From: Prochlorococcus marinus subsp. pastoris str. CCMP1986
Lineage (GTDB): Bacteria; Cyanobacteriota; Cyanobacteriia; PCC-6307; Cyanobiaceae
DNA: 32,000 nt
Direction of reading: 5' to 3'
NCBI RefSeq assembly: GCF_000011465.1
Contig: NC_005072.1
Coordinates: forward strand, 1,140,001-1,172,000
The notes below the pieces were generated by a model, which was given only the letters and a program-made list of their open reading frames with translations, made no database searches and was not told the origin of the DNA. Shown here piece by piece: positions 10,171 through 18,247 of the stretch. Both the position numbers and the translations under genes were made by a program. How positions within the stretch are numbered: the stretch's first letter is position 1; the number at the start of each line of letters is the position of its first letter.

Positions 10171-11025
10171 TTAAATTTTTTTTTCATATAAATTATTTAA
10201 ATCAGGCACGAACGAATTTGGTTCATTTTCTCTTTCAGGAATTACTCCATTTAATAACTGACCTTTGGCTTTTAATCTTTTCCATTCTTTTTTAGCAAAA
10301 TCAATAATTGATATCGGAGAGCCACTGCCAATATTAAAAACTAGTGGAGTACCCTTTATAACATCTTTTCTTGAACAGCAATTTATTAAATGTTCCGCAA
10401 CTTCTTCAACAGGTATGAAATCTCTAATTTGAGTACCTTTAGTCATCTTGAAATCTAGATTATTTAATGCCGCATTTCTTAAAGATGGCCAAAAATTCAT
10501 TTCATTTTGCCCTAATCCATAAGCTGAAAAAATCCTTGGGTAAATGAATTCTGTTTGATAATTTTTGCATAATGCTTCTAACATATAAAAACTTGCGACC
10601 TTACTTCTAGCATAATTATTTGTTGGAATTAAAGGGGCATTACTTGGAATCATTTTATATCTATCAGAGCTCAAACCATATTCATGGCAGGAGCCTGTAA
10701 AAATGCATCTTTTTACATTAGCTTTAATTGATTCTTCCATTAATTTAATTGATCCAAGGATATTTGTTTTTGTTAATTCTTGAATAGAAGCCTCTTTAGG
10801 ACTTACACCTGCTGAAGCCAAATTAAATAATATATCTACTTCTTCAAGGTCATACATATTTATATCTAGTAAATCTTTGTTAAGCCATTTAATATTTTTG
10901 TCATGATTTTGGCTACTTATATAAGATCTATTTAATGCAATGATTTCATATCCTTTTTTTTTTGCAAGATTTGTTAGATGTGAACCTATAAATCCAGAAG
11001 CGCCTGTTATAAATAATTTCATCAT
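10171..11025 (-). CDS. Short extended-SDR NDP-sugar reductase, candidate CDP-paratose/abequose synthase (RfbS/RfbJ-like)
   Basis: 284 aa with KLFITGASGFIGSH and a YARSK (YxxxK) motif. Its size and its position between rfbG and the rfbE-like gene fit the 4-ketoreductase step. Family-level call only. Confidence 0.55.
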   Translation of the reverse strand: MMKLFITGASGFIGSHLTNLAKKKGYEIIALNRSYISSQNHDKNIKWLNKDLLDINMYDLEEVDILFNLASAGVSPKEASIQELTKTNILGSIKLMEESIKANVKRCIFTGSCHEYGLSSDRYKMIPSNAPLIPTNNYARSKVASFYMLEALCKNYQTEFIYPRIFSAYGLGQNEMNFWPSLRNAALNNLDFKMTKGTQIRDFIPVEEVAEHLINCCSRKDVIKGTPLVFNIGSGSPISIIDFAKKEWKRLKAKGQLLNGVIPERENEPNSFVPDLNNLYEKKI

Positions 11026-11040
11026 TTAAATTTGGATAAA

Positions 11041-12123
11041 TTATGATTTTAAAAAATGTTCAAGATCTTCTTTACAATATTTTTCGGTTTCACTCGAAAA
11101 TAAATAATAGTTTTTGTACCACAAAAATGTTCTTTTAACGGATTCATCAAAATCCCATCTTGGTTCCCAATTAATTAAATCTTTTGCTTTATCTGTATTT
11201 AATCCGAGGAATCTTGCCTCATGAAAATCTTGTTTACTTTCAATAATTTTCCACGAAACAGGCCAAAACTCCTCAGCTTTATGAACTAAATCTAATACTT
11301 TTTTATTTGAGTCAAGATTTGGTCCAAAGTTAAATGAAGATGCTAGATTGATATTATTTTCAAAAAGTTTTTCAGCTAGTTTTAAATAACCAGATAAAGG
11401 ATCTAAAACGTGTTGCCAGGGTCTTACCGAATCGGGATTTCGTATAGTGATTATTTTTTCAGAAATTATAGACCTTATCAGATCAGGAATAATTCTGTTA
11501 TCAGACCAATCCCCTCCACCAATAACGTTTCCTGATCTTACACTAGCAATTAGTAGATTATTTTTTTGAAAGTTTGAATTACCACAAAAACTTGATCTAA
11601 ATGATTCTATAGCAATTTCGGCTGCCGCTTTACTACTACTATATGGATCATGTCCTCCTAAGGGATCAGTTTCTTTGAAATAATTTTCTCGATCATTATT
11701 TCTATAAACTTTATCAGTAGTTATACAAATGCAAACGCATTTATTTTTAATAAATTTCAATGAATTCAGTAGATTAAAAGTTCCCATTACATTTGTTTCC
11801 CAAGTTTTTAAAGGCTCTAAATAACTTTCAATAACTAATGGTTGTGCAGCCATATGGAAAATAATGTCAGGTTGAATATCAGATATCAATTTTTCTAAGA
11901 GACTTTGATTTGTAATGTCAGTAACATGATGATTTATCTTTTGCTGTAGTTTAAGTTCTTCAAATAAATTTGGGGATGTAATTGGTTCTAAACTAATTCC
12001 ATAAATATTTGCTCCCATTTGCAAAAGCCAATATGAAAGCCAAGAACCTTTAAAACCTGTATGCCCAGTTATTATTACTTTTTTTTTATTCCAAAAAGGA
12101 ATCTTGGGGTTTCTCAAATTCAT
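11041..12123 (-). CDS. rfbG: CDP-glucose 4,6-dehydratase
   Basis: FWNKKKVIITGHTGFKGSWLSYWL, DPYSSSKAAAE and RSGNVIGGGDW motifs typical of RfbG/DdhB. 360 aa. Confidence 0.85.
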   Translation of the reverse strand: MNLRNPKIPFWNKKKVIITGHTGFKGSWLSYWLLQMGANIYGISLEPITSPNLFEELKLQQKINHHVTDITNQSLLEKLISDIQPDIIFHMAAQPLVIESYLEPLKTWETNVMGTFNLLNSLKFIKNKCVCICITTDKVYRNNDRENYFKETDPLGGHDPYSSSKAAAEIAIESFRSSFCGNSNFQKNNLLIASVRSGNVIGGGDWSDNRIIPDLIRSIISEKIITIRNPDSVRPWQHVLDPLSGYLKLAEKLFENNINLASSFNFGPNLDSNKKVLDLVHKAEEFWPVSWKIIESKQDFHEARFLGLNTDKAKDLINWEPRWDFDESVKRTFLWYKNYYLFSSETEKYCKEDLEHFLKS

Positions 12124-12142
12124 ATTTTTTTTATAGAAAGCT

Positions 12143-12910
12143 CTACCAAATTTTCCAAGGCGCTTTATTAGATTCCCATAAATCTTGCAAAACCATCTTA
12201 TCTCTTAAAGTATCCATTGGCTGCCAAAAACCGCTGTGGTGAAATGCAGATAGTTGATTTAACTCTGCAAGTTTTTGCATTGGCTTTTGTTCCCATGAAC
12301 AAAAGTCGTTTTCTATAAAATCTATTGTTTCAGGTTGAAGCACAAAAAAACCGCCGTTAATCCAGTTACCATCACCTTTTGGTTTCTCATTAAACCCTAG
12401 AACTCTACCTCTTTCAAAAGCTAAAGAACCAAACCTTCCAGGGGGCTGAACTGCTGTAAGCGTCGCTTTTCTTCCTTTTTTAAAATGGAAATCTATTAGT
12501 TTACTTATATTTACATCAGCCAAACCATCTCCATATGTGAAGCAGAAAGTTTCATTCCCAATATATTCTTTTACTCTTGCAAGCCTTCCTCCAGTCAAAG
12601 TATCTTTACCCGTATCTACAAGAGTGACCTTCCAATCTTCAGAATCCACATTATGGGTAGTAATAGAATTCTTTTGAAGATCTACAGTAAAGTCTCTTGA
12701 ATGAAGATAATAATTTGCAAAATATTCCTTTATTAAATATCCCTTATAACCACAACAAATTATAAATTCTTTGATGCCATAACAACTATAAATTTTCATG
12801 ATATGCCATAAAATTGGTAGTCCACCAATTTCAATCATTGGCTTAGGTTTAATTGTTGTTTCCTCTGAAAGTCTCGTACCTAATCCACCAGCAAGTATAA
12901 CGGCTTTCAT
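12143..12910 (-). CDS. rfbF: Glucose-1-phosphate cytidylyltransferase
   Basis: MKAVILAGGLGTRLSEETTIKPKPMIEIGGLPILWHIMKIYSCYGIKEFIICCGYKGYLIKEYFANY is canonical RfbF/DdhA. The tracked start at 12928 is a TTG. The ATG at 12910 gives the canonical MKAVILAGG N-terminus. Confidence 0.9.
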   Translation of the reverse strand: MKAVILAGGLGTRLSEETTIKPKPMIEIGGLPILWHIMKIYSCYGIKEFIICCGYKGYLIKEYFANYYLHSRDFTVDLQKNSITTHNVDSEDWKVTLVDTGKDTLTGGRLARVKEYIGNETFCFTYGDGLADVNISKLIDFHFKKGRKATLTAVQPPGRFGSLAFERGRVLGFNEKPKGDGNWINGGFFVLQPETIDFIENDFCSWEQKPMQKLAELNQLSAFHHSGFWQPMDTLRDKMVLQDLWESNKAPWKIW

Positions 12911-12957
12911 ATTTTTATAATTTGTCAAAGTTATTTAAGTGGGAAAGGGATTTTTTT

Positions 12958-14157
12958 TTAAAATTTTGACAAAAATTCATTTATTGTTTTATGTAATCTA
13001 GTAAACATTCTATCAGTTAAACCATGGTGGACAGGTAATAAAACACCTTGCTTCATGATTAAATCAGAATTTTTATATCCATATTCACTAATTTTTTTTT
13101 CAATGTTTTTAGTCATGGGTTGTTTAAGAATATTGCCAGTAAACACGACTCTAGTTTGGATATTACGTTCTTCTAAATAAATTTGAAATTCTCTTCTTGT
13201 AAAAGGTGCATCTTCTTTGATTAATATTGGATAAGCAAGCCATGCTGTATCAACGTTTTCATTTTGTAACGGATTCATAAAGAATTGATTGTGGTTCTCA
13301 AAAAAATCAAATTGTCTATTGAAGTTCTTTTTTCTAGTTTGAATATTTTGGTTTAATTTTTTTAGTTGTGCTAAGCCAAAAGAAGCCCCAACTTCATTTC
13401 CTTCGACATTGTATCCCACTTTTTCAAAGACGAATTTCGCATCATATTCAATGCCTTCTAAAGAAACATTAAATCTATTGTTTATCGATTCACTTTTTTC
13501 ATCAAATAAAGATGAACTTCTTCCCCATGACCTTAATAGTTTAGCCTCAGATAAAACGTTTTCATCGTTTATAGCTAAAGCTCCTCCATTGCCAGCACAA
13601 TTAATGATATGTGATCCATAAAAACTTGTTATTGATATATCTGAATAAAAGCCACTACTTTTACCATCTATTTTTGCTCCTAACGTATCTGCAGAATCCT
13701 CAATAACAACTAAGTTATATTTATCCGCAATATTTCTTATTAGTGGCCAATTACAAAGATTTCCAAGTAAATTTGGCGCTAGTATAGCTCTCGTGTTTTT
13801 ATTAATATTTTTTTCAATTTGCTCGCAATCTATACAATAAGTGGTTAGATCAACATCTACAAAAACAGGAACTAAATTGTTTTTAACGAGGCAGCCGACA
13901 GAAGTTGAAAAAGTTAAAGCAGGAGTGATCACCTCTGAGCCTTCAGGTAAATTTAATGCTTCAATTCCTATGTATAGAGCAGATGACCCAGAATTCACAT
14001 ATAAACAATATTTTTTATCAAAAAGTTTGGCTATTTTGCTTTCAAATAATCTTGAGTAATTACCCATTTGAGTTGACTCACCAAGACATTTAATAACTGC
14101 ATCTATTTCTTCTCTGCCATATACAGTTTTTGCGTAAGAAATTGGCTCTAAATCCAA
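12958..14157 (-). CDS. rfbH: RfbH/E1-like CDP-4-keto-6-deoxyglucose 3-dehydrase homolog (DegT/DnrJ/EryC1 fold), atypical: no Fe-S cysteines
   Basis: VPVFVDVD, IADKYNLVVIED and SFYGSH match the RfbH pattern. The His at residue 183 (codon 13609-13611) sits where aminotransferases carry the PLP-lysine. GYNV..NEVGASFGLAQLKKL also fits. The last Cys is residue 187. The only possible start is TTG at 14157. Confidence 0.75.
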   Translation of the reverse strand: MDLEPISYAKTVYGREEIDAVIKCLGESTQMGNYSRLFESKIAKLFDKKYCLYVNSGSSALYIGIEALNLPEGSEVITPALTFSTSVGCLVKNNLVPVFVDVDLTTYCIDCEQIEKNINKNTRAILAPNLLGNLCNWPLIRNIADKYNLVVIEDSADTLGAKIDGKSSGFYSDISITSFYGSHIINCAGNGGALAINDENVLSEAKLLRSWGRSSSLFDEKSESINNRFNVSLEGIEYDAKFVFEKVGYNVEGNEVGASFGLAQLKKLNQNIQTRKKNFNRQFDFFENHNQFFMNPLQNENVDTAWLAYPILIKEDAPFTRREFQIYLEERNIQTRVVFTGNILKQPMTKNIEKKISEYGYKNSDLIMKQGVLLPVHHGLTDRMFTRLHKTINEFLSKF

Positions 14158-14291
14158 AACCTGCTAAATCTTTAATATATCATGTTTTTTTAACAATAAT
14201 GAGTCTTTTATGGCGTATAAATAAAGAAACTTCAAGAAATAAACTATAAATTTATATTATTTATAAGTCATCGTAGTTTGATAAAAAGTTT

Positions 14292-15683
14292 TTAAGATGA
14301 AAGACTTTCTGAAGATAAAGCTTTTTGATCTTTTTTTAATAATTTTATAATCTCAATCAACATTAATGTTGAAAATAAAATATAAGGTATTGCTCCAAAT
14401 CCTCTTATGTAAAAAGAGTAGCCTTTTGTCATTAAGCAATAAAGTTGATAAAAAGTCTCGTAAAAATTTAAATAACAAATCCACATTAAATATGAAATGA
14501 ATAATCTTCTATTTTTATGTAATTTTCTATCATAAATGTATCTGATAGTCATGGGTGCTGCAGCAAAGAAAAAAAGAAAAAACTGTGGATGTCCTAATTT
14601 ATAAAAAGTGAAGCCTGAAGATGAAGTTAGAATTACAGCTGGCAAAAGATCTATCTTATGTTTGTACATTAAAAAAAGTACAGTCAATAGCACTAAGGCC
14701 ATAGCATATATGCTGTATTGATCTAAGTTAAGACCTAAAATTTTTCGAGAAAAATTAAAGAAAGATAGATGTTTAGAATGCATTTCAGTGGCCCAAAAAA
14801 CTGATTTCAAGGTTGAATCCCCCCAATGGAATATAGAAATGCTTAGTATGCTAATTATTGATAAGAGATAAGAAGTAAAAAAAGTTATATCTATTTTTCT
14901 TTTTCTTAAAACAAATAAAGGTGCAACAAATATTGGATATATTTTCACCATCGTTGCCAATGCAAGTGAGATTCCAGATAAAACGCTATTGATATTTTTG
15001 AGATTTGAAATCGATAGAGATAAAGATAAAACAATTAAACCTGCTACAAGAGTGTCATTATGGCCGAAATATGCAGTTACTAATAAACAAAAAGGAGAAA
15101 AAGCGAAAATTAGGAAAATTTTTAATTTTGCAATTTCATCAATTTCCCTTTTAAAATTTAATGGAAAAATTGAAGAAAAATACATAGGGATTAAGAAAAA
15201 ACAACCCCAAAAAAGTTTTGGCAAAGAATTATTAATAGCTGCTAATGGTGCAACAATATTGTGAATTGGTAAGTAAACATTATCTGTTCCAATCCAAGGA
15301 TTTAAGCCTTGATTAATTAAAGCCCACTGATCTAAATAAGGTCTATAATCTAGTATTCCTTTATGACTAGCTACGTAAATAAGTATCATTGCAATTATGT
15401 AGTATAGAAAAGATATTTTTATTGCCTTATACTCATTTTTTTTATTTAAAGATTTTGCGGGAACTAAATCTTTATCTATGACTTTTAGAATTGTAGACCT
15501 TAGAAGATATGAAGAAAAAATTGCAGTAAATAAAGCTTGTAAAAGAATAACAAAATTAAAATTTTCATTAAAATTGGATATTCTATGAAGTTTGCAAACT
15601 AAGGCTCCCTGGAAAATAAATACTGGTGCTGAAAATACTAAAAGATAGAAATATCTATTATTCTTTATTCTAGAAAGAATCAT
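14292..15683 (-). CDS. GT-C-like polytopic membrane glycosyltransferase candidate (DUF2029/GT87-like), paralog B
   Basis: 463 aa, colinear with 5324-6697 from end to end. Examples: LDYRPYLDQWALINQGLNPWIGTDNVYLPIHNIVAPL; the C-terminus LIEIIKLLKKDQKALSSESLSS matches LIEIVKLLKKDPKALSSKSISS. Confidence 0.5.
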   Translation of the reverse strand: MILSRIKNNRYFYLLVFSAPVFIFQGALVCKLHRISNFNENFNFVILLQALFTAIFSSYLLRSTILKVIDKDLVPAKSLNKKNEYKAIKISFLYYIIAMILIYVASHKGILDYRPYLDQWALINQGLNPWIGTDNVYLPIHNIVAPLAAINNSLPKLFWGCFFLIPMYFSSIFPLNFKREIDEIAKLKIFLIFAFSPFCLLVTAYFGHNDTLVAGLIVLSLSLSISNLKNINSVLSGISLALATMVKIYPIFVAPLFVLRKRKIDITFFTSYLLSIISILSISIFHWGDSTLKSVFWATEMHSKHLSFFNFSRKILGLNLDQYSIYAMALVLLTVLFLMYKHKIDLLPAVILTSSSGFTFYKLGHPQFFLFFFAAAPMTIRYIYDRKLHKNRRLFISYLMWICYLNFYETFYQLYCLMTKGYSFYIRGFGAIPYILFSTLMLIEIIKLLKKDQKALSSESLSS

Positions 15684-16081
15684 TATATAGTTTTTAAATT
15701 AAATAAATGCTAACTCCTTATGCTTTTCCCAAGTATTAATTTTAAATAAAACATAAACAATTGAAATCAACTAAATAAAACCACTTATATAGATTTATTA
15801 TAAATTATTCTCACTAAAAATTTTAAAAATTTTTATCTTTTAGAATTACCTTGGTAATGGTTTCTTTATTTTTAAAAGTTTTAAAAAATTTAAAGATTTT
15901 CTCTTGAGAGAAAGCTTTAATAGTAATTTTTTAAATAAAAATTTGGGATCTTAAACTGTTTTACTTATTCTTGGATAAAAGGTTTATCTCCAATATTATT
16001 ATTCAAAGTTCCATTAAATTAAGGTTATTACTTTCAGCATAACTTTCAATTTCCCTTAAAAAAGATCCTGCTTTAGAAATA

Positions 16082-17035
16082 CTAATATATATTTTTTTTA
16101 AAGTCTTTAATAGTATTCTCAATACCCTCTTCAAGTGATATTTTACTTTCCCAACCTAATTTTTTAATCCTAGTAATATCCAATCTTTTCAGAGGAGTTC
16201 CATTGGGTTTTGTTTTATCCCAAAAAATAGAACCTTTAAAACCTACTTTATTTTTTATCAAAATTGCTAAATCTAAAATCGATATGTCTTTACCAGTTCC
16301 AACATTTAAGAAAGAGCAATTATTTAAACTAAATTGAAAATTTTCTAAGGTAAAAACTGATGCCTCAGCTAGGTCATCAACATGTAAAAATTCTCGTTTA
16401 GGGGATCCATCACCCCAACAAATCACCTGATCAAGATTATTAATTTCTGCAGTTACGAATTTTTTTATCAGTGCAGCAAAAACATGACTTTCATTATCTT
16501 GGTAATTATCATTTGGTCCATATAAATTTGTTGGCATGAGAGAAAAAGCATCAAAATTTTTTTGTTTCCTTAAAGCTTCACAAAATTTCATGCCAACAAT
16601 TTTTGCTAAAGCATAGTTTTCATTAGTTTTTTCTAAATAATTACTTAGTAAATATTCCTCTCGTATTGGCTGTGTGCATTTTTTGGGATAGGCACAACTA
16701 CTACTTAAAAAAAGTAACCTTTTCACAGAATTTTGATATGCAGCTTCAACAACGTTTGTTTGAATTTGAATATTCTCAATAATAAAATCATATGGGTAAA
16801 TGCTGTTTGCTAGTATTCCTCCTACTTTAGCTGCTGCAAGAATAACAATATCTGGACTATTTTCCTTAAACCAATTTTTAACTTTATTTTGATCCCTTAA
16901 ATCAATTTCTTTCCTTGAAACTGTAATTATATTTTTATATCCAAATTTTTTTAAAGCGCGACAGATTGCAGAGCCTGCCAGTCCATTATGACCTGCGACA
17001 AAAATAGAATCACTTTTCGAAATTAAATTCTTCAT
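16082..17035 (-). CDS. fcl: GDP-L-fucose synthase (GDP-4-keto-6-deoxy-D-mannose 3,5-epimerase/4-reductase)
   Basis: IFVAGHNGLAGSAI, SSSCAYP, YALAKI, PTNLYGPNDNY, REFLHVDDLA. 317 aa, immediately downstream of gmd. Confidence 0.9.
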   Translation of the reverse strand: MKNLISKSDSIFVAGHNGLAGSAICRALKKFGYKNIITVSRKEIDLRDQNKVKNWFKENSPDIVILAAAKVGGILANSIYPYDFIIENIQIQTNVVEAAYQNSVKRLLFLSSSCAYPKKCTQPIREEYLLSNYLEKTNENYALAKIVGMKFCEALRKQKNFDAFSLMPTNLYGPNDNYQDNESHVFAALIKKFVTAEINNLDQVICWGDGSPKREFLHVDDLAEASVFTLENFQFSLNNCSFLNVGTGKDISILDLAILIKNKVGFKGSIFWDKTKPNGTPLKRLDITRIKKLGWESKISLEEGIENTIKDFKKNIY

Positions 17036-17068
17036 AAAGAATAAATGATAATATTCAAAATAAAATAT

Positions 17069-18142
17069 TTATTGTTTAGCAAGTTTCAACTTATCAAATT
17101 CCACCATTTCGTGTATTAATTTTTCTAAAGTAATAGAGCTTCTCCATCCAAGTTTATTAATAGCTTTAGTAGGATCACCCAACAAACTATCTACTTCAGA
17201 TGGCCTAAAATATCTTTTATCAACTTTGATAATTATTTTATTATTTTCATTTCTAATTCCAACCTCTTGCAAACCTGAGCCCTCCCAGCGAATAGCTGGT
17301 AGATTTCGGTTTTTTCTATTCCAGCCGAGCTCACATGCTACCAATTCAATAAATTCTTTGATACTTTTATTTTTTCCAGTAGCTATTACATAATCATCTG
17401 CATAATCTTGCTGAAGCATAAGCCATTGCATTTTCACATAATCCTTAGCATGACCCCAATCTCTCAAAGAATTTAAATTTCCAAGATAAAGTATTTCATC
17501 AATACCTGAATCAATTCTCACAAGACCCCTTGTGATTTTTCTCGTAACAAATGTTTCTCCTCTCCTTGGACTTTCATGATTAAACAAAATACCATTACAT
17601 GCGTAAATACCATATGCATCTCTATAATTTTTTATTATCCAATATGAATACAATTTAGCCACGCCATAGGGACTTTGAGGGTTAAAAGGAGTATCTTCGT
17701 TTTGAGGGGATTTACATACTCTCCCATATAACTCACTAGTACTAGCTTGGTAAATTTTAGTCTTTTTTTCTAAGTTTAATATCCTAACAGCTTCAAGAAT
17801 TCTTAATGTACCAAGAGCATCGCAATTTGCCGTATATTCTGGAGTTTCAAAGCTAACAGCTACATGACTTTGTGCAGCGAGATTATAAATTTCATCTGGT
17901 TCAATTTCTTTTATTAACCTAATAATATTTGTACTGTCAACTAAATCTCCGTAATGGAGTATTAATTGTGGAGATATTTCATGTGGGTCTTGATATAAAT
18001 GATCAATTCTTTCAGTATTAAAACTACTCGATCGCCTCTTTATTCCGTGAACAATGTACCCCTTATCTAAAAGGAGTTCAGCAAGATAACTTCCATCTTG
18101 TCCAGTAATACCTGTAATTAATGCTACTTTTGAGCTATTCAA
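17069..18142 (-). CDS. gmd: GDP-mannose 4,6-dehydratase
   Basis: [73 protein letters not shown]. The in-frame start at 18142 is TTG and no ATG is available. Confidence 0.92.
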   Translation of the reverse strand: MNSSKVALITGITGQDGSYLAELLLDKGYIVHGIKRRSSSFNTERIDHLYQDPHEISPQLILHYGDLVDSTNIIRLIKEIEPDEIYNLAAQSHVAVSFETPEYTANCDALGTLRILEAVRILNLEKKTKIYQASTSELYGRVCKSPQNEDTPFNPQSPYGVAKLYSYWIIKNYRDAYGIYACNGILFNHESPRRGETFVTRKITRGLVRIDSGIDEILYLGNLNSLRDWGHAKDYVKMQWLMLQQDYADDYVIATGKNKSIKEFIELVACELGWNRKNRNLPAIRWEGSGLQEVGIRNENNKIIIKVDKRYFRPSEVDSLLGDPTKAINKLGWRSSITLEKLIHEMVEFDKLKLAKQ

Positions 18143-18247
18143 TTCGTTTCAAAAACTTTTTTTATTTTAGAGCATAAACCTATTTTCGAATAGTTAACAT
18201 AATTTTTATTTTTTTCAAAACAGATTAATTAATTACTCAATTAATAA

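Noticed and set aside
5324-15683. Possibility that the two GT-C-like genes are a recent duplication or gene-conversion tract (near-identical repeats)
   Set aside because: The nucleotide alignment by eye shows substitutions spread along the whole length, at roughly 70-75 percent identity. Similarity fades within a few bases past the stop codons. They are old paralogs, not a recent repeat.
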